DNA from: a virus | Strand: one strand, 5' to 3' | Length of the DNA: 64,000 bases | IMG/VR virus record: IMGVR_UViG_3300017527_000761 | Part shown: piece by piece, positions 63,527 to 64,000 of the stretch | Layout: each line of letters opens with the position of its first letter | Position numbering within the stretch: the first letter of the stretch is position 1 | Made by a program: the position numbers and the translations under genes | Notes under the pieces: model-generated | Told to the model about the DNA's origin: nothing | Database searches by the model: none | What the model saw: only the letters and a program-made list of their open reading frames with translations

Positions 63527-64000
63527 AGATTATACTTACCAAAGTAAAATAAAAATTTATTTAAAGGATATACATGTAATGCAGACATATTTAACCATAT
63601 AATTGCAGATAAAATCTGAATTTTATTAATATCATATCCCTTAGATTCAAGTAATTTTAATAAGCTTTGTTGATACAAGACCATATTATGACTTCTATGT
63701 AAATCACAGGCTATGTCTCCATTATCAATACTCAGGTGATACCCTTTATTATCAATTATTGCGTGGTTAAAAACCAGATTGTGGTTTAATTTTGCTAAGT
63801 CATAATAAATGTCTCCGGCTTCTATATTTCCACCAAAATCCTGTCTCCAATCAAGCAAAGTAAATTTGTCATTATTATATAATATATTTTCTAATACAAA
63901 ATCACCATGAAAAAGGGAGGGTAGGGTAGTGTAAAGGTCAGTCCAATCTATGCCCTCGTATATTTTTTCACACGTGGGTACGTGCATGCCATTGATATTA
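63499..64000 (-). CDS. APH/choline-kinase-fold small-molecule kinase, partial (N-terminus beyond window end)
   Basis: HGDFVLENILY...LLDWRQ (Brenner HGD-x-N and DxxW motifs). ORF open to the window edge. Confidence 0.5.
   Translation of the reverse strand, partial: NINGMHVPTCEKIYEGIDWTDLYTTLPSLFHGDFVLENILYNNDKFTLLDWRQDFGGNIEAGDIYYDLAKLNHNLVFNHAIIDNKGYHLSIDNGDIACDLHRSHNMVLYQQSLLKLLESKGYDINKIQILSAIIWLNMSALHVYPLNKFLFYFGKYNLWKQLSLTK

Noticed and set aside
1-64000. CRISPR arrays, tRNA/tmRNA genes, rRNA, integrase/attachment sites
   Set aside because: No regularly spaced direct repeats. Intergenic regions (3802-4273, 5586-5962, 7382-7700, 12617-12694, 18720-18980, 37829-38134) were read for T-loop-like GTTCnAnTC and cloverleaf pairing, and none was found. 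GGAGTTCAATCCC near 7690 lacks a matching T-stem and acceptor stem. No tyrosine or serine recombinase motifs were seen.

Overview
This window reads as a contiguous piece of a virulent tailed dsDNA bacteriophage genome, AT-rich (roughly 35% GC by eye). I found no integrase, CRISPR array, rRNA or convincing tRNA. It falls into three blocks. Block A (about 0.6-12.6 kb, almost all minus strand) holds small accessory or early-type genes separated by hairpin-terminator plus conserved-motif cassettes. Its genes include a secreted beta-barrel protein, an SPFH/band-7 protein, a lipoprotein, a macro-like protein, a papain/C39-like peptidase, a polynucleotide kinase/phosphatase, a SLOG-like protein and a truncated GIY-YIG endonuclease at the window edge. 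Block B (12.7-47.5 kb, plus strand) carries a lytic transglycosylase, a methyltransferase, a LigD-type phosphoesterase plus ATP-dependent ligase, and a second GIY-YIG endonuclease. It also carries a nucleotidyltransferase-fold protein, a phage-encoded ribosomal protein bS21, large terminase, acidic scaffold-like genes (with a probable frameshift site), a major capsid protein followed by a strong terminator, four large fibre/spike proteins (two clear paralogues), an amidase endolysin, a multi-PAS-domain protein, and sheath-like and tube-like proteins. Block C (47.5-64 kb, minus strand) contains dNMP kinase, family-A DNA polymerase, a sigma-70-family factor, a class II ribonucleotide reductase, dUTPase and a RecU resolvase. 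Block C also contains an operon encoding a GG-terminated ubiquitin-like protein, a ThiF-type E1 and a JAB/JAMM protein next to two large unknown genes. This operon is the most unusual system in the window. Beyond it, also in block C, lies a 6-deoxyhexose-type nucleotide-sugar biosynthesis plus glycosyltransferase cluster that runs off the window end. All functional calls come from motif-level reading of the supplied translations. No database searches were run.
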